From NCBI RefSeq assembly GCF_009914755.1, contig NC_060933.1: a DNA stretch of 64,000 nt; one strand, written 5' to 3'. This document shows, one piece after another, positions 13,730 through 27,599 of the stretch (positions are counted from its first letter, which is position 1; each line of letters begins with the position of its first letter). The notes below the pieces were generated by a model that saw only the letters and a program-made list of their open reading frames with translations, was not told the DNA's origin and made no database searches. The stretch comes from the human T2T-CHM13v2.0 reference genome, Homo sapiens. A program made the translations under genes and the position numbers.

Positions 13730-15678
13730 CTTACCAAGTCCCTGGCATCCTACACAGAGGGCTGCTGTCTGTAGGCTTACCCATCAGCGAGTTATAAGTC
13801 AAATTAATGAGTGTTGGTGTCATGAGATTTGCTGTATACCCACCTTTTTCAACAGCTGAGCTTCTGTGCTAAGGGAAGCCCACCTTTTCAGTATTGCGTC
13901 TTTTTGTTAAACTGAATCTTGACTCAGTCCTGGCAGGACAATTCAGGCCAAGTGATCCATAAGATGGCTTCTACTCTTGGCTTCTCAGGGTGACTATGTG
14001 GGTGGTCTAGCGTGCCTTAGTTTCTCCATCTGTTTTAGTAGAAAAAGATCGTAACATTCTTGGAGATCACAGAATGGAATGTGCTGTATAAACACCAGGC
14101 AGTGTTGTTACAATAAATAGCAAATTAGTGACTCTAGCTTAAATTTCCTACACTTGATGACTTGTGGGTATAGCAAAGAACCAGAAGTTGTCACTAAGAA
14201 AAAAAAAATCTTCCTCCAATTTTCTGACAAAAACATAGTTTTAGGATTTTGGCTACCATCTGTGGAGGAGCACAATCCTGCCTCTCTGGAAGGCTGAAAT
14301 GGTGACTGTAGTAGGATCCGGCTGTCTCCTAATTATATATAGCTGGCTTGTTAGTATCTGCCCCAAAAGTTCTAACCTGCATGTCTAGCCATTTTGTTTT
14401 CTAATCTAATTTGTTACACATCTCATTTTTAAAATCTAAAATATGCTTTTGGAATACACTGCAGTATTAATATGAACATTTCCTGTTAGTCAAGAAGAAA
14501 AAATGAAAACTTTTGGAACAATGATGAAGGTACAGAGAGCAGTTGCTTTGCAGTGGTTGTATGGTGTGACTGTTTTCTTTTAGGTAATTCTATTTTGAGA
14601 GATTATGTTATCATTTAGTGTTTCACCAAGGATCTAAGAGCGGGCAAATGGATCCTCCTTTCTTACCTGAGAATGATGGTTTATGAAACAGAGGAAAGAA
14701 CAATGACTTTGAGCCTTAAATCTCAGATCTCAGGTTTGTTCCAGGCGGTTATTCATTAGGAACAATGTCTGCCCTATCTATCTAACTGGGTGGTTGTGAA
14801 GCTCAAATAAGATTTAAAACCACTTTGTAAACATGAAAAGATTATGCAAAAAGTAATCAGAATGTAATGCATTCACAGTTGTAAGATTTAAGGTCTAAGT
14901 TGGGGCAAACCTACTTGGCTTTAAATGATACCTGGGTGAGAACAATCCCCTGTAACAGGCCTAGAATAAACTCAGCCTCTGACCCAATCCAGGCTCGATA
15001 GTGTTCAAGGCCTGACCTCCCTAAGCTCCTGTCTGAGTTGGAATGGAGTGCAGCTCAGGGGAGGAGAATGAAACGAGTTTATTAGGCTGTTTTACTCGGT
15101 ATGCTTAACAGTGATTTACACAACCTGACTATAAAAAACAGATGGAAGGAATTCTGTTTTCTGAGTACCCATGTGTATCCATGGGTTGTGTAGCTTGGAG
15201 GCAGCTTGGTTCAGGGGAAGAGTATGAACTTTAGAGGCCAAAACCTGTGTTGAGGATCCAGGCCATTACCTGTGTAAGATTCATGAGCTTGAGACTCTCT
15301 GTGAGATAATGCACAAAGATTTTTCTTTTCCCTTCCCATGGAAGATTCTGGACCCTTGATTTGGAGTCAGAAGAACTAGTTCTGTCTCTGTCTTTCATTG
15401 ACAGTGAACATTTGGGCAAACGATTTAGCTCTATGAGTGAAAGTTTCCTTCTGTATGAAATGGAAATGGTAATAATAAGAACTCAGAGTAGTGTGAAGGT
15501 TAGAGAGGTTAATTCGTGCAAAAAGCACATTGTAAACTTGAAAGCATTGTATTTATCCATTCATTCAATCAACACTACACATCCCCTGTGTCGCTTAACA
15601 AGGAATTGGTAATCTAGAGGGCTGATAGACACAGAAGCTGACATTGTGGCACACTGGCCTTCCTTCAAAGGTCTAACC

Positions 15679-15767
15679 TTGCAATTTGGCAGAAATAGAA
15701 ACTTAGGGGACAAAATATTACAAATGACATTTTTTAGGCCTGGGAGAGGGGAAATTAATAGGAGAGC
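15679..15767 (+). repeat. Copy 2 of a 90-bp local direct duplication
   Basis: TTGCAATTTGGCAGAAAT..TTAGGGGACAAAATATTAC..AGGCCTGGGAGAGGG shared with 13640-13729. Confidence 0.9.
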
Positions 15768-17477
15768 AGTGATCATTTAAGACCTGTGAAGAAAGTTTGC
15801 TCATGATAGGGAGGGAACATTGAGGAAAGAGCACACAAAATTGAATCTAGAATATCTTTCCAGAGAAGGGAAGACTCTTGAGCCAATCTTTAAGAAGAAG
15901 TTTGCCAGTGGACAAAAACATTGAAGTGGCTCAAGGACATTCTAAGGAAGAAGACTGGGGAAACTTCAGATGCAAGACAGAGAGTGGCATTGTTTAGGCC
16001 ACATTTCATTGTTGCTCAAGCTAAGGTGTGTGAATATGGAGCAAGTGGGGTGAGGAGGGCCAGGCTGATGAGGTAGATACCCTAGGAACCATGTCACAGA
16101 CGGCTGCTTGTTCCATGTTGACAAGCTTGGGCTCCACCTTGCATGGGTTAAGGTTTGATGTACACATGAGACTACAGGATGTCATGCTCTTACTAAAAGA
16201 GGATGCTATTGAGCCACTATGAGCTGCTCATGTAATTCGATGATCCCCCCTGCTCCCTACCCAGATTGGAGAAGTGTTTGTATTAACCCAGTTAACTTCT
16301 TGCTGAATGCCCCATGTCCAGCAGTTGTACATACTCCAGTGTGGCTGGGCTCGGGGCCGACTCTGTGGCCACGGCACAAATGGAGATATTTGCCGGTGAA
16401 ACTTAAGAATCCTTATGGGAACCAAGTCCCATTGGTTTCATTTGCAGCAATAAACATTCAACTGAAAAGACTATTTATTGGATACTCACCATGTGCTGGG
16501 CACAACACTGTGCTTAGTGCAGGGGAGAAATAGGAATGAGTAAGGTATGGTAAGCTTTATGGTAAAGACAATAGCTGCCTGTTGAGTGCTCACTGTGGGT
16601 CTGTGATGGTTCCACTTAAACGTTGCAAAGCCCTCTGAGGTAGATATTGTAATTCCTATTCTATGTAGGGCAGAAGAAGCAATTTTGGACACTAGTTTGT
16701 GGAGGACCTAGGATTCAAACTCATGTGTCCAACACCAAAGTCCACGTTTGTAATCCTACCTGTGTTCTATGATGGAGACAGAAGTGTAACTAACTGTATG
16801 TAAGGTGAAGACTTGGAGAGTGAAGGAGATTGAAGAAGCAACGTAGAATAGATTTTAGGTCTTTTTTCAACTGTGAAATAAAGATAAAACAGACAATTCT
16901 TTCTTCTTTTGCCTACCTTTGTTAGATTATAGGTCAGAAGACTCAGTCAGAGCAATTGTCATATTCTTACAAGCTGGAGAACTGAAGGGGAAATAAATGA
17001 AAGACTTGGAAGGAATAGGATTAGTTTGAAACAACCAGAGGTCAGGGCAGCTCAATAGTGTAGACTTCTGAAGGAGTGAGAAATCCAAAACTCTGTGGGC
17101 AGTTAATCCCTGAAAGGAAATAGGGGCTGGGGAAGAAGCAAGACAAGAGAGAGACTATCAGAGAAAAAAACTAATTTTAATATTCTGGGAAAACAGAGGG
17201 AATGTGATCATGTGAAAGGGCATGAATAAAGAAAAACAGCTGAAGAACAAAAGGAAATTTAAGACGCCAAAGATTGTAAATTAAATCTTATTACTATAAA
17301 GGCCAGTTTACACTTTTTCTATATCACAGGGTTGCATTTATTATTCCCTAAATTTATATTTATAGAAGAGAAGGCCAGAGATGAGCATCGGCTCTCCTTC
17401 GTGCTCCAGCCGTGCTCTACTCATTAACATTCGACAGCTGTTTCCCGAGTGCCTGCCAGGAGCTCAGTTCCTGAGAG

Positions 17478-17594
17478 GCTCTGCCATAAATTATACTCTT
17501 CCAGAATTTGAGAGTGAAAAGGAGTGCAGATGACACCAGGGCAACAGGCTTGAGTTCAGTTGTCCTGGTCAAATGGGCACATCTGGCTACCCTG
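17478..17594. mobile_element. MER94-like (hAT-Blackjack) MITE
   Basis: TTTGAGAGTGAAAAGG..CAACAGGC..GGCTACCCT resembles recalled MER94. Confidence 0.6.
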
Positions 17595-18124
17595 TACAGT
17601 GATGAAGAAGGCTCTCTCCAGAAACCAAGTAGATGACTCTTCTATAAGGGAAATTGAAATGATGTCCACAATTAGTTAGAATGAAAAGTGGAAAGAGGTA
17701 AAGTACCAGAGGAATGGCATCAAGTAACATCTGCCTGGAAGGAAGATGGCTTCTTGCTAATCAAACAAAAGAGCTGTGTGGCTTAGCAGTGTCCCTGATT
17801 CTATCAGCTACTGTTGCTACTGAACTGAGTCCTTGTGATTGAGCTGAACCTGAAGTCCAGGTCACTGCATCGGGTGCCTCTTATGTAGCTTCACCTCTGA
17901 CTGGTGGCCCAGCCCCTGGGGCTGGTGCATCTCTACATGAAAGTGATACAAAATGCCACTCACTTGCTACAAAGTGATTTAAGCTCCTGAGGAAATCTAT
18001 GAAATTTAAGGCCTTTCAGTCAATTGGTGCCAAGAGTAATTTCCTTACACTTAATTGATGAAATGACCAATATTGTAAAATGTTTGATACATTTGTTCTC
18101 TCATTTAATCATTCAAATCTGACT

Positions 18125-18616
18125 CCTGAATATGGCAGCCGCTAACCACTGTGGCCATTGTGTGCTTGGCATGTGGCTAGTACGTCTGAGGAACTGGATT
18201 TTTAATTTCACTTAATTAAATTGTATTAACTTTAAATTCAAATTTTAAAACTGACACTTGACTTATTAGAACATGTTTAAGTATGTTTGATATGATTTGG
18301 GTATATGAACCTATTTCAACTGTCAATTTTATGAGATCTAAATGCAGATCAAATATCTCTGGTGAAAACTTGGCATCCAAACTGAGATGTGCTGTAAGTG
18401 AAGGACACAGCTGATTTTAAAGACAGAGAACGTAAAATAGCTCATTAGTAATTTTTATATCGCCTACATGATGAAGTGATAATATTTTGGATATGCTGGG
18501 TTAAATAAAGCATATTGTTAAAAAATCATCTCAACTGTTTCTTTTTGCATCTTCAATGTGGACACTAGTAAATTTAAACTAGCACGCCTTGCATTCTCTT
18601 TTTGTTGGACAGCACT
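18125..18616. mobile_element. Charlie1/MER33-like hAT derivative
   Basis: ATGTGGCTAGT..CTGAGGAACTG..AACTGAGATGTGCTGTAAGTG..TTGGACAGCACT. Confidence 0.7.
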
Positions 18617-20294
18617 AATTCTGGTATTGATTATCTGCTGTATCCCCGGCGCTGTGCTCACCATGGGCAGTAGGGATGGAGGCTGTGAGGTTACTGCCCA
18701 GGTAGAGTACAGGGTTCCTGTGCGGGTATGGAAAATAAACAGATAAACATAAATAACCAGCATGGATTGGGATTGTGGTGAGCACTAGAAGGCAGGTCTG
18801 CAGGGAGGTGCTCAAGTAACTGGGGGAGGGAGGCCACGTTGAGAGAGTGTGGTCAGGGAAGACCTCTCTGAGTGGAGTTGAGGATTGGGAGGAGCTGGGA
18901 AGGAGCATGGGTGGTTTCTCAGAAGAGGAGGCCTTTGATGTGGGCTCTGAAGGGTGGATATGTCGTTCTTCCTTTAGCTCATTCAGAAAGACTTCTTCAG
19001 CTCCTGGGTCAAAAGGAGGATGTGGAGAAAGCGCTTGGCTTCACACCAGGCCTGGCAACTCGGCAGGTGCAGATCCAGCTGGGCCAGGGGCCAGGCAATC
19101 AGCGAGCACATGGGGTGAGAGTCTTGGCAGATTCATCCTGGAGCCAGCTGGATGTTGAGGGCTAGGAATGCGGTAGAGTGGCTCTTTCATAAGAATCAAA
19201 ACTGTTGCATTTTGACAACTGGGTATTTGCAGGAGAACAGATAGTAGGTTTTAAATTGTGGTGCTGGAGTGTGTGCCTGGCTCCACTGTGCAGCCTAACC
19301 TTGAAAAGAGGCAGGCTGAAGTAGACACTCATTGTCATCTGCTCACGGAGCTCTCAGCAGAGATTTGGAAGCTGATCGAGAACCAGCATTTGTGATGGGC
19401 ACACATAATTTGGCCCATCTGTACACTGTGGCCACATCAGTGAATTCACTGATGTCAGGAAGACATCACACCCAAGTGGCTGGCGGAAATTGAAATGGGA
19501 CCCACAGAAGTGCTGAGTGGCAGCACAGCCCTGAATGGGCCTCTGCGCACACCCAGAGCTGGTCCCCTCTTGCTTCATAAGACACTGTGTGTGTGTTGGA
19601 TAATCGCATGGGTTCTGGAGTCAGATCTTGCCTGAATTCTGCTTTGCCAATCACTAGCTGTGGGAACATGGGCAAAGAATGAAACCTGAGTCCCAGTTTC
19701 CTCATCCATAATAATGTCATTTACATGATGCCAACCACACTCCTAATACTGTTGTATGAATAAATTATAGCTATTATTCTTATTAGCATAATTTTTTATT
19801 CTCCTTTTTCTTTCTCTTTTTAATTACCATATAAAAGCAAAGTTAAAAGATCAGATTGGGCCACGGCTCACAGGTTAGCATTTGGGGATACTTTATCCAA
19901 CAAGAGAGAGAGATGGCTCTACTAACATACCACTCTGGGGAAAAATAACATAATCTTGGCTCTTCTGGGCTTCAGGCTTTGGCAGACCTGTGGAAATCGC
20001 AGCTTTCCTCTAAAATTATTCTCACATTTTCAATTCTAACAATTTATGGTGAAAATCTAAGGAACTTTTGTGTTTAAAATAAGCAACTTGGAAGAATAAG
20101 AATTATAGAGCGGCATCTTCACCTGAATCATTTTGTTGACAGTGTCTGCCACATACAGCCTCTTGACATTTAGTTTTCCTGTGGTTTTTAGCCAACTTAA
20201 AGAGGTGTAGACTTCATGCCAGGTGTGGGCTGGGGGTAGTGTTAGAGCATTTGTTTGAGTTCGTTTTTACTTTTGGTTAAAAAATAATTCAGCT

Positions 20295-20604
<310 letters not shown>

Positions 20605-21874
20605 TCACCGTATACCATATAGTGGAAAAAGCAGAGGCTTAGGAGTGGGTTCACATCCCAGCTCTGCACATTTTTACGTGGCCTTGGACACTTTGCTTAA
20701 CCTTTTTGAATCTCAGTTTCTCTATCTGGAAAATGGAAACAACATCCAACTGCTTCTTTTGTTGAGAGGATTCGAAGCTATGTAGGGAGAGTATCTGGAC
20801 TGTCATTGTGGTTCTTGGTGAGCACATTTGATGACACTTTCTGCTGCATCGTTTTTTTTCCTCAAGAGAACATACTCAATTGTGTATATGGGTTCAAGAA
20901 GGCACTGGCCAGAATACCAGGGAAATCTAAATTCCATACTTAGGTAGCTCAGATCATAACTGGGTGAAAGTTCTTTGGCCAGAACACCAAGTCAGAGTTC
21001 TAAAAATATCTTATATTATAATGTTTTTCTTTTTTAATTTTTTTCACTCAAGACAGTGAATATTTAATTGCTTGACTAGTGTGCTTACATTGAGAGTATT
21101 CTAGAACCCTCTTTCTGACATTATCTTAATGTTTTCAAATATTTAACCACACCTTGAGATAAAAGCAATGAAATAAAGCTTGTGTTTAGGACACAGTTGA
21201 AAAAAACATGCCAACAACGCAGTGAGTTATGGGGCAGCTAGCACCACCCCACCTGCCTTCCGTAAGCGGAGAGTCTGTGCTTTGCACCTGGGATGTTTGT
21301 CCTTGATACTTGATGGTTACTAGGTGTGTGCATGTTGATGTATGGGTGAGGGAATAAAGCCCATGAATGCCAATGTATGACTAATAGCAGTAGAATTTTG
21401 GTTTGATGAATGCCTTTGTTAATTCATGGTCCATTTCAACTTCATGTATTAATTAAGTGCTCATTGCGTATCTACTATATAGGTGTAACAAGGCTATTTC
21501 CTTGTAGGCCATATTCCAAATCAACAATTTGTTTAGGAAGCCAAAACTTTGTTTTAAATAGCATCTTTTCTCTTCATGCCAATGGCGGGGGTGGGGGAGC
21601 ATTAATCCATATTGGTTCAATTCCATGTCAAAGCCAAGCATCAAGGATTAGACCGTGAAATGGTGGTGGAATAGTAGTCCAGAGGCAGGCCTGAGGGGGA
21701 ACAGACCTTTCCTATCACAAATAAGTTGTGATACCACTTGGATTCATGTTCTTTGCTTGTCAAATGAAGGGTTTGAACTGGAAGATCTCTTAGATCCTGC
21801 CCCAAAGGCAAAGCATCTGTGGGAGGACACAAGAGGCAGCCAAGTGAAGCAATTTGTAGGCCTTTAGTACGCAC

Positions 21875-22410
21875 TGTATTAGGGTTCTCCAGGGACCCAG
21901 GGCCAGTAGGAGATATACATCTCCTGTTTACATCCTATATATGTGTATGTGTGTATATGTGTGTGTGTGTGGAGAGAGAGAGAGAAAGAGAGATACCAAT
22001 TATGAGGAGTGGATTCACTTGATTACAGAAGCTGAGAGGTCCCACGATTTGCGTCTGCAAGCCAGAGACCCAGGAAAGCCAGTAGTGTAATTCCAGCCTG
22101 AGTCCAAAGGTCTGAGAACCAGGGGAGCCACTGATGGAAATCCCAGCCCTAGGGCAGAAGACCAGTGCCCCAGCTCATGCAGGCACGTGGGAAGGGAATG
22201 CATCCTCCCTTCTTCTGCTTTTTGTTTTATTCAGGCCATCAGTGGATTGAGTGATGCCCACCCACATTGGGGATGGCAATTCATTTTACTGAGCCCACCA
22301 ATTCGATGCTGATCCTATCCAGAAACACCCTCACAGTTATACCCAAAGAGAGTATTTAATCCGGGCACCCTGTGGCCTAGTCAAGTGGGCACATAAAATT
22401 AATTATCATA
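21875..22410 (-). mobile_element. MLT2-family (ERVL) solo LTR with internal (TG)n(GA)n
   Basis: TGTATTAGGGTTCTCCAG..GAGTCCAAAGGTCTGAGAACCAGG..GTCAAGTGGGCACATAAAATTAATTATCA. Confidence 0.85.
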
Positions 22411-23764
22411 CTGCCTATTGGTGACTTTTTTGGTAAGGCTATTTCCCCCATTCTTAGGTCTATGAAGTAAAAATTAATGAATGTAGAAAGCCAGTTGTTT
22501 GCTTTTTCAGTCACTGATTCCAAAATAAGAGGGGATTCTTGGGAAGAACAATATCCTAAACTCTGCAACCACCACCTGAGGGCTACAGATTACTAGCAGT
22601 GATGTGGTTTGTAATTGGGAACATGGACTAAGTTCAGCAGCATGTGAGCTATCAGGGACACATTATAGACAGATATACCAGAGGGTAGATGAAAGGTGTC
22701 ATAAGGTAGACAAGTCCAGTGCAAGGATCAACACACTTCAGGGTGTGTTGCCCTTAGATGCTGTGTTGACCTCTCTTGGCCCTAAGCCCTTGTGTCAACC
22801 GGTGTCTCTAGGAATCACTCTGAGGTTAACACTTTGGGTACGTACTAACCTATACTGAGGCAGCGCTAGAAAGGGTACTCAATACCCCACACTGGAGGCA
22901 TGTCACAAAAAGGAACAATCTCTTCAGAAGTCAATCTTGACAGATTGTGTATTGGTGGGGACTGGCCCAAATGCCTGTCGGATATTTCTTGCAATGGTGA
23001 CTGTGAAACAAAAACTCTACTGTATTTTGAACAGTGTGTAGCAGCATCAAATTGGAAAATGACATCATGGTTGTCAGCTGAAGTGTCTCCCCTCAACAAT
23101 AACTTTTTAAGATCTACTTACAAGTAGGTTATTTATTGGATACATTGCCTGTAAGGAGAGCAACTTGCCATCCCAATCTCATGGGAATGTGCTCTTGAAA
23201 GAAGTCTTTCTTCTCGCTATAGAGGTAGATCTCTTTTAGTGGTTTTACAGATTTCAATGAAATTTAATGAATAGCAGGTGAACCTACCCATGTTTTCACT
23301 TCCAGGGTGTCCACTTGACCTGTCATTAAACATATGTGACAATTTTGTAGGAAGGGTGGTAGTGGAATTGGAAGAGAACCATTTTCTACCAAATACCTAT
23401 TATGTGCCCTGCACTTTGGCTCACAACAAAATGAGAAAAACAAATAAATTAGATAAGTTCAGTCACTTGGGCAGGGTCACATACTATGTATTGCTTCCTA
23501 GAATTAGATCTAGAACCATCTGGTTTTGTCCATCCTATTTCTACCACAGTGTATGTTGTGCAAAACCCTTAAGCACTTTATGTTAAAGTTATATCTTTAA
23601 CATAAAGGAGAACTAGTTCTGCCTCTATATGGCTTTTGGTCCTCTTGATCTGGGTCACAGGTAGCCTTAGGAAATAGTCTTCAAGGGGGGAAGGAGGTAA
23701 TCCATTTCCTCTTGAATCTTAGTGCAAATACAGGGTAACATTTCCACCCCTTTTTTTAAGTGTT

Positions 23765-24150
23765 TTATTTATTTATTTTTTTCTTTAATAATATCAACTT
23801 CTATTTTACTTTAGGTTCAGGGGGTGAATGTGCAGTTTTGTTACATGGGTATATTGCCTGATGCTGAAGCTTGGGGTATAATTGATCCCATTATCCAGGT
23901 AGTGAGCATAGTGCCCAACAGTTACTTTTTCCGCCCTCTAGTAGCCCCCAGTATCTGCTGTTGCCATCTTTATGTCCATGAGTACCCAATGTTTAGCTCC
24001 CACTTGTAAGTGAGAACATAGCGGCATGTGGTTTTCTGTTCCTGCATTAATTTGCTTAGGACAATGGTCTCCAGCTGCATCCGTGTTGCTGCAAAGGACA
24101 TGATTTCATTCTTTTTTGTGGCTTTATAGTATTCCATGGCGTGTATGTGG
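23765..24150 (-). mobile_element. L1PB/old L1PA 3'UTR fragment
   Basis: GTGCAGTTTTGTTACATGGG..TTTAGCTCCCACTTGTAAGTGAGAACAT..GCAAAGGACATGATTTCATTC. Confidence 0.85.
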
Positions 24151-24445
24151 AGAGCAACATTTTCTAATGCAGAGCCTGGAAGCAGCTATGATGTACCTTA
24201 AGGGAACAGCTTTCACAAACAGTCCTTGAGGATTAAGCTTGGGTGCCTATTTTCTGTGTTGTTGGCCCATTTCATACAATGCAGTTTAGTGGTAAGAGCA
24301 TGCTAAAGCTTTCAAAAGGTTGCCTGATAGAACATTTTAGAACATGAAGGGACCAAGGGGATTCCTCTGTTGCTAAAGACATGTCATTTGGTATTCTAAT
24401 AACTCCCTCACTGGGCTGTGAGCGCCTCAAGGGCAGTGCCCAGCC

Positions 24446-24739
24446 TTTTTTTTTTTGAGTCAGAGTTTCACTCTTGTTGCCGAGGCTGGAGTGCAATGGT
24501 ATGATCTCGGCTCACCACAACCTCCGCCTCCCCAGGTTCAAATGATTCTCCTGCATCAGCCTTCTGAATAGCTGGGATTACAGGCATGCGCCACCACGCC
24601 TAGCTAATTTTGTATTTTTAGTAGAGACGGGGTTTCTCCATGTTGGTCAGGCAGGTTTCAAACTCCCGACCTCAGGTGATCCGCCCGCCTGGGCCTCCCA
24701 AAGTACTGGGATTACAGACGTGAGCCACTGCGCCTGGCC
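24446..24739 (-). mobile_element. Alu (AluSp-like)
   Basis: Full antisense Alu; TSD GCCCAGCCTTTT on both sides. Confidence 0.95.
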
Positions 24740-26446
24740 AGGGCCCAGCCTTTTATAGTTAACTGCCAGCAATTAATAAGTTATCTTCACTGATCCAGGG
24801 AGTCAGAGGGATGTTGTTGATTCACTGATGCAACACTAGTGCCTAGCACAGTGCCTGGCACCTGATTGTGCTTAGTAAATGTGTGTTGAATCGAGTTGAT
24901 TTGAAAGCTTAGCAAGGAACAACTGTGTCCAACAAGTGTTGAAGGGTCAGTCTCAGGAACTAGTTCAACCGACGCAAGGTCTTGACTGCCAGTCTAAGTA
25001 TATCACAGGGTCCTGTTATATCGCTCTCGTGTTAACAGGTAAGTTAATTTATTCAGCAAACATGTATTGCACATCCGTTATCAGTCAAGTAATCTTCCAG
25101 ATGCCAGGGACACAGATAAGAAAAATATAGCCTCTTTCTTCCAGAGGAATATGCTTCATGAAAAAGTCTGACAAACGGTTAAACTGCTGTTCTTAGTGGT
25201 TGTGGCAGAGATAAACATAGTGTGCTCTGGAAGCACCATAGAAAGGAAGATGCCCTCACCTAGAAGGTGCGAGGGTGAAAGAATTTGCCTACTGAAGTCC
25301 ACTGCAAGAGCTTGGAAGATGAAATACATGAGGGCCAGATTTTATAGAAATCCAGCCAGGGGATTATTAGGGATTTCAGTGAGCAAGATGGAGAAAATGA
25401 GCATCTAAGTTAGAGTTATGTCTATGGAAATGTGGAAAAATGGTCAGATCTGATTCATCTCATAAAGACTCAAAAATTCTCCATAGTCAACGGTAGGGAC
25501 CATTTGATAAGGTGTGTGAAAACTTCGTGTGACCTTCTTTATTATAGACTTGATTATTTATCATCATAGATGTCGTTATGTACATTACCTACTTGTTTTT
25601 CTAAACATGGCCTTGGTGTCCTCGGGAACATTTGTGTTCACTGGAATTGCTATAGAGAAGGTCTGGAAGTCCACTACAATGGGGAAACCTCATGGCCTGC
25701 CCTCTATGGCGGGGGGTGGGGGGGCGGTTCTGGCATCATCACAGCTGAGGATGGTTCTCGTCTTCATTCTAAGGCTACTGCTAATTACTCCATAAGAAAA
25801 AGTAGTTAGAAAATTGGTTACAAACGACAATGAATCAACTTTACATAGCTATAATTTTGTATAAGTGATCTGGATGCCAGTTCTCAGAGCTTAATGTCAT
25901 TGTTCTAATGCTAGACAAAAGTAGGTCCGCAAGTTTCAGAGACTCAGTCGACTTTTACTAACTACACAGAATCTCAGAACTTTGGTGATTGTCTTTTCTT
26001 GTTTGAAGCAGAACATTTCATTCAAGAGATGGCTTACTTTGGAGAGTAGAGAGGAGGGGGCCAGAACATTGATTGGCCTTACTGCTTAACTTCAATCCCT
26101 GGGTCTTGGAGGCACTTCCCTGGACCCCTGGAGTCAAATCACTGACCTTACTCAACCCCTTAAGCTTATACCTAGGGAAATTGAAACAAAGAAGTAAAGG
26201 GCTGGATAGTATAGGTCTCCAGCTTTCTACTTTCTTTATAAAACTTCTACCTTCAGTATCATTCTCTGGTCAGTCGGGTCTAAACTCAAGCTTGCAGTTC
26301 TTGGACCAATAAAAGAAGCAAGCTTGTTGGTGGGTGTAGCTTGGTTCACGAACGCGTTACCATAGTCACATGGTGGACATTCCTGTGCCAAGGACTGTGC
26401 TGAGTATTTGACATGAATTAGCTCATTTACTCTTTAGATTCATTGA

Positions 26447-26866
<420 letters not shown>

Positions 26867-27249
26867 TAATCAGTAACCATCACATCTTCTTTTGCCTCAT
26901 CTTGTTAATTCAATCTCTCGTTAATTCAATCTAATTCAGAGCAGCTGGGTAACTAAGGCTTTTGGTTACAGGTTTTTCTCTTTCTTTTTCAAAATTTGGG
27001 CAATTTTCAGGCCTTGAACTTTATGTGCTCTTAAATTACAAGTCAGAAAGTGCCCTGGAGGGAAAAAGGATTTCTATCATCATTGCCAAGGCTGTGCCTA
27101 AGAATTCTTTCGCCTGTTTAGGCTTTTATTCTCTACTCATCAGACAGTTCTCCTGTCATTTGCAGACTAAATGAGTCTCAACCATTTTAAAATGCTTCCA
27201 GTAAGTGAGGACCTCCCAAAATTCCTTATGTGGAACATAAAGGCTCTAG

Positions 27250-27599
<350 letters not shown>

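Noticed and set aside
26904-26932. GTTAATTCAATCT repeated at a 16-bp period
   Set aside because: An ordinary slippage micro-duplication with no sign of function.
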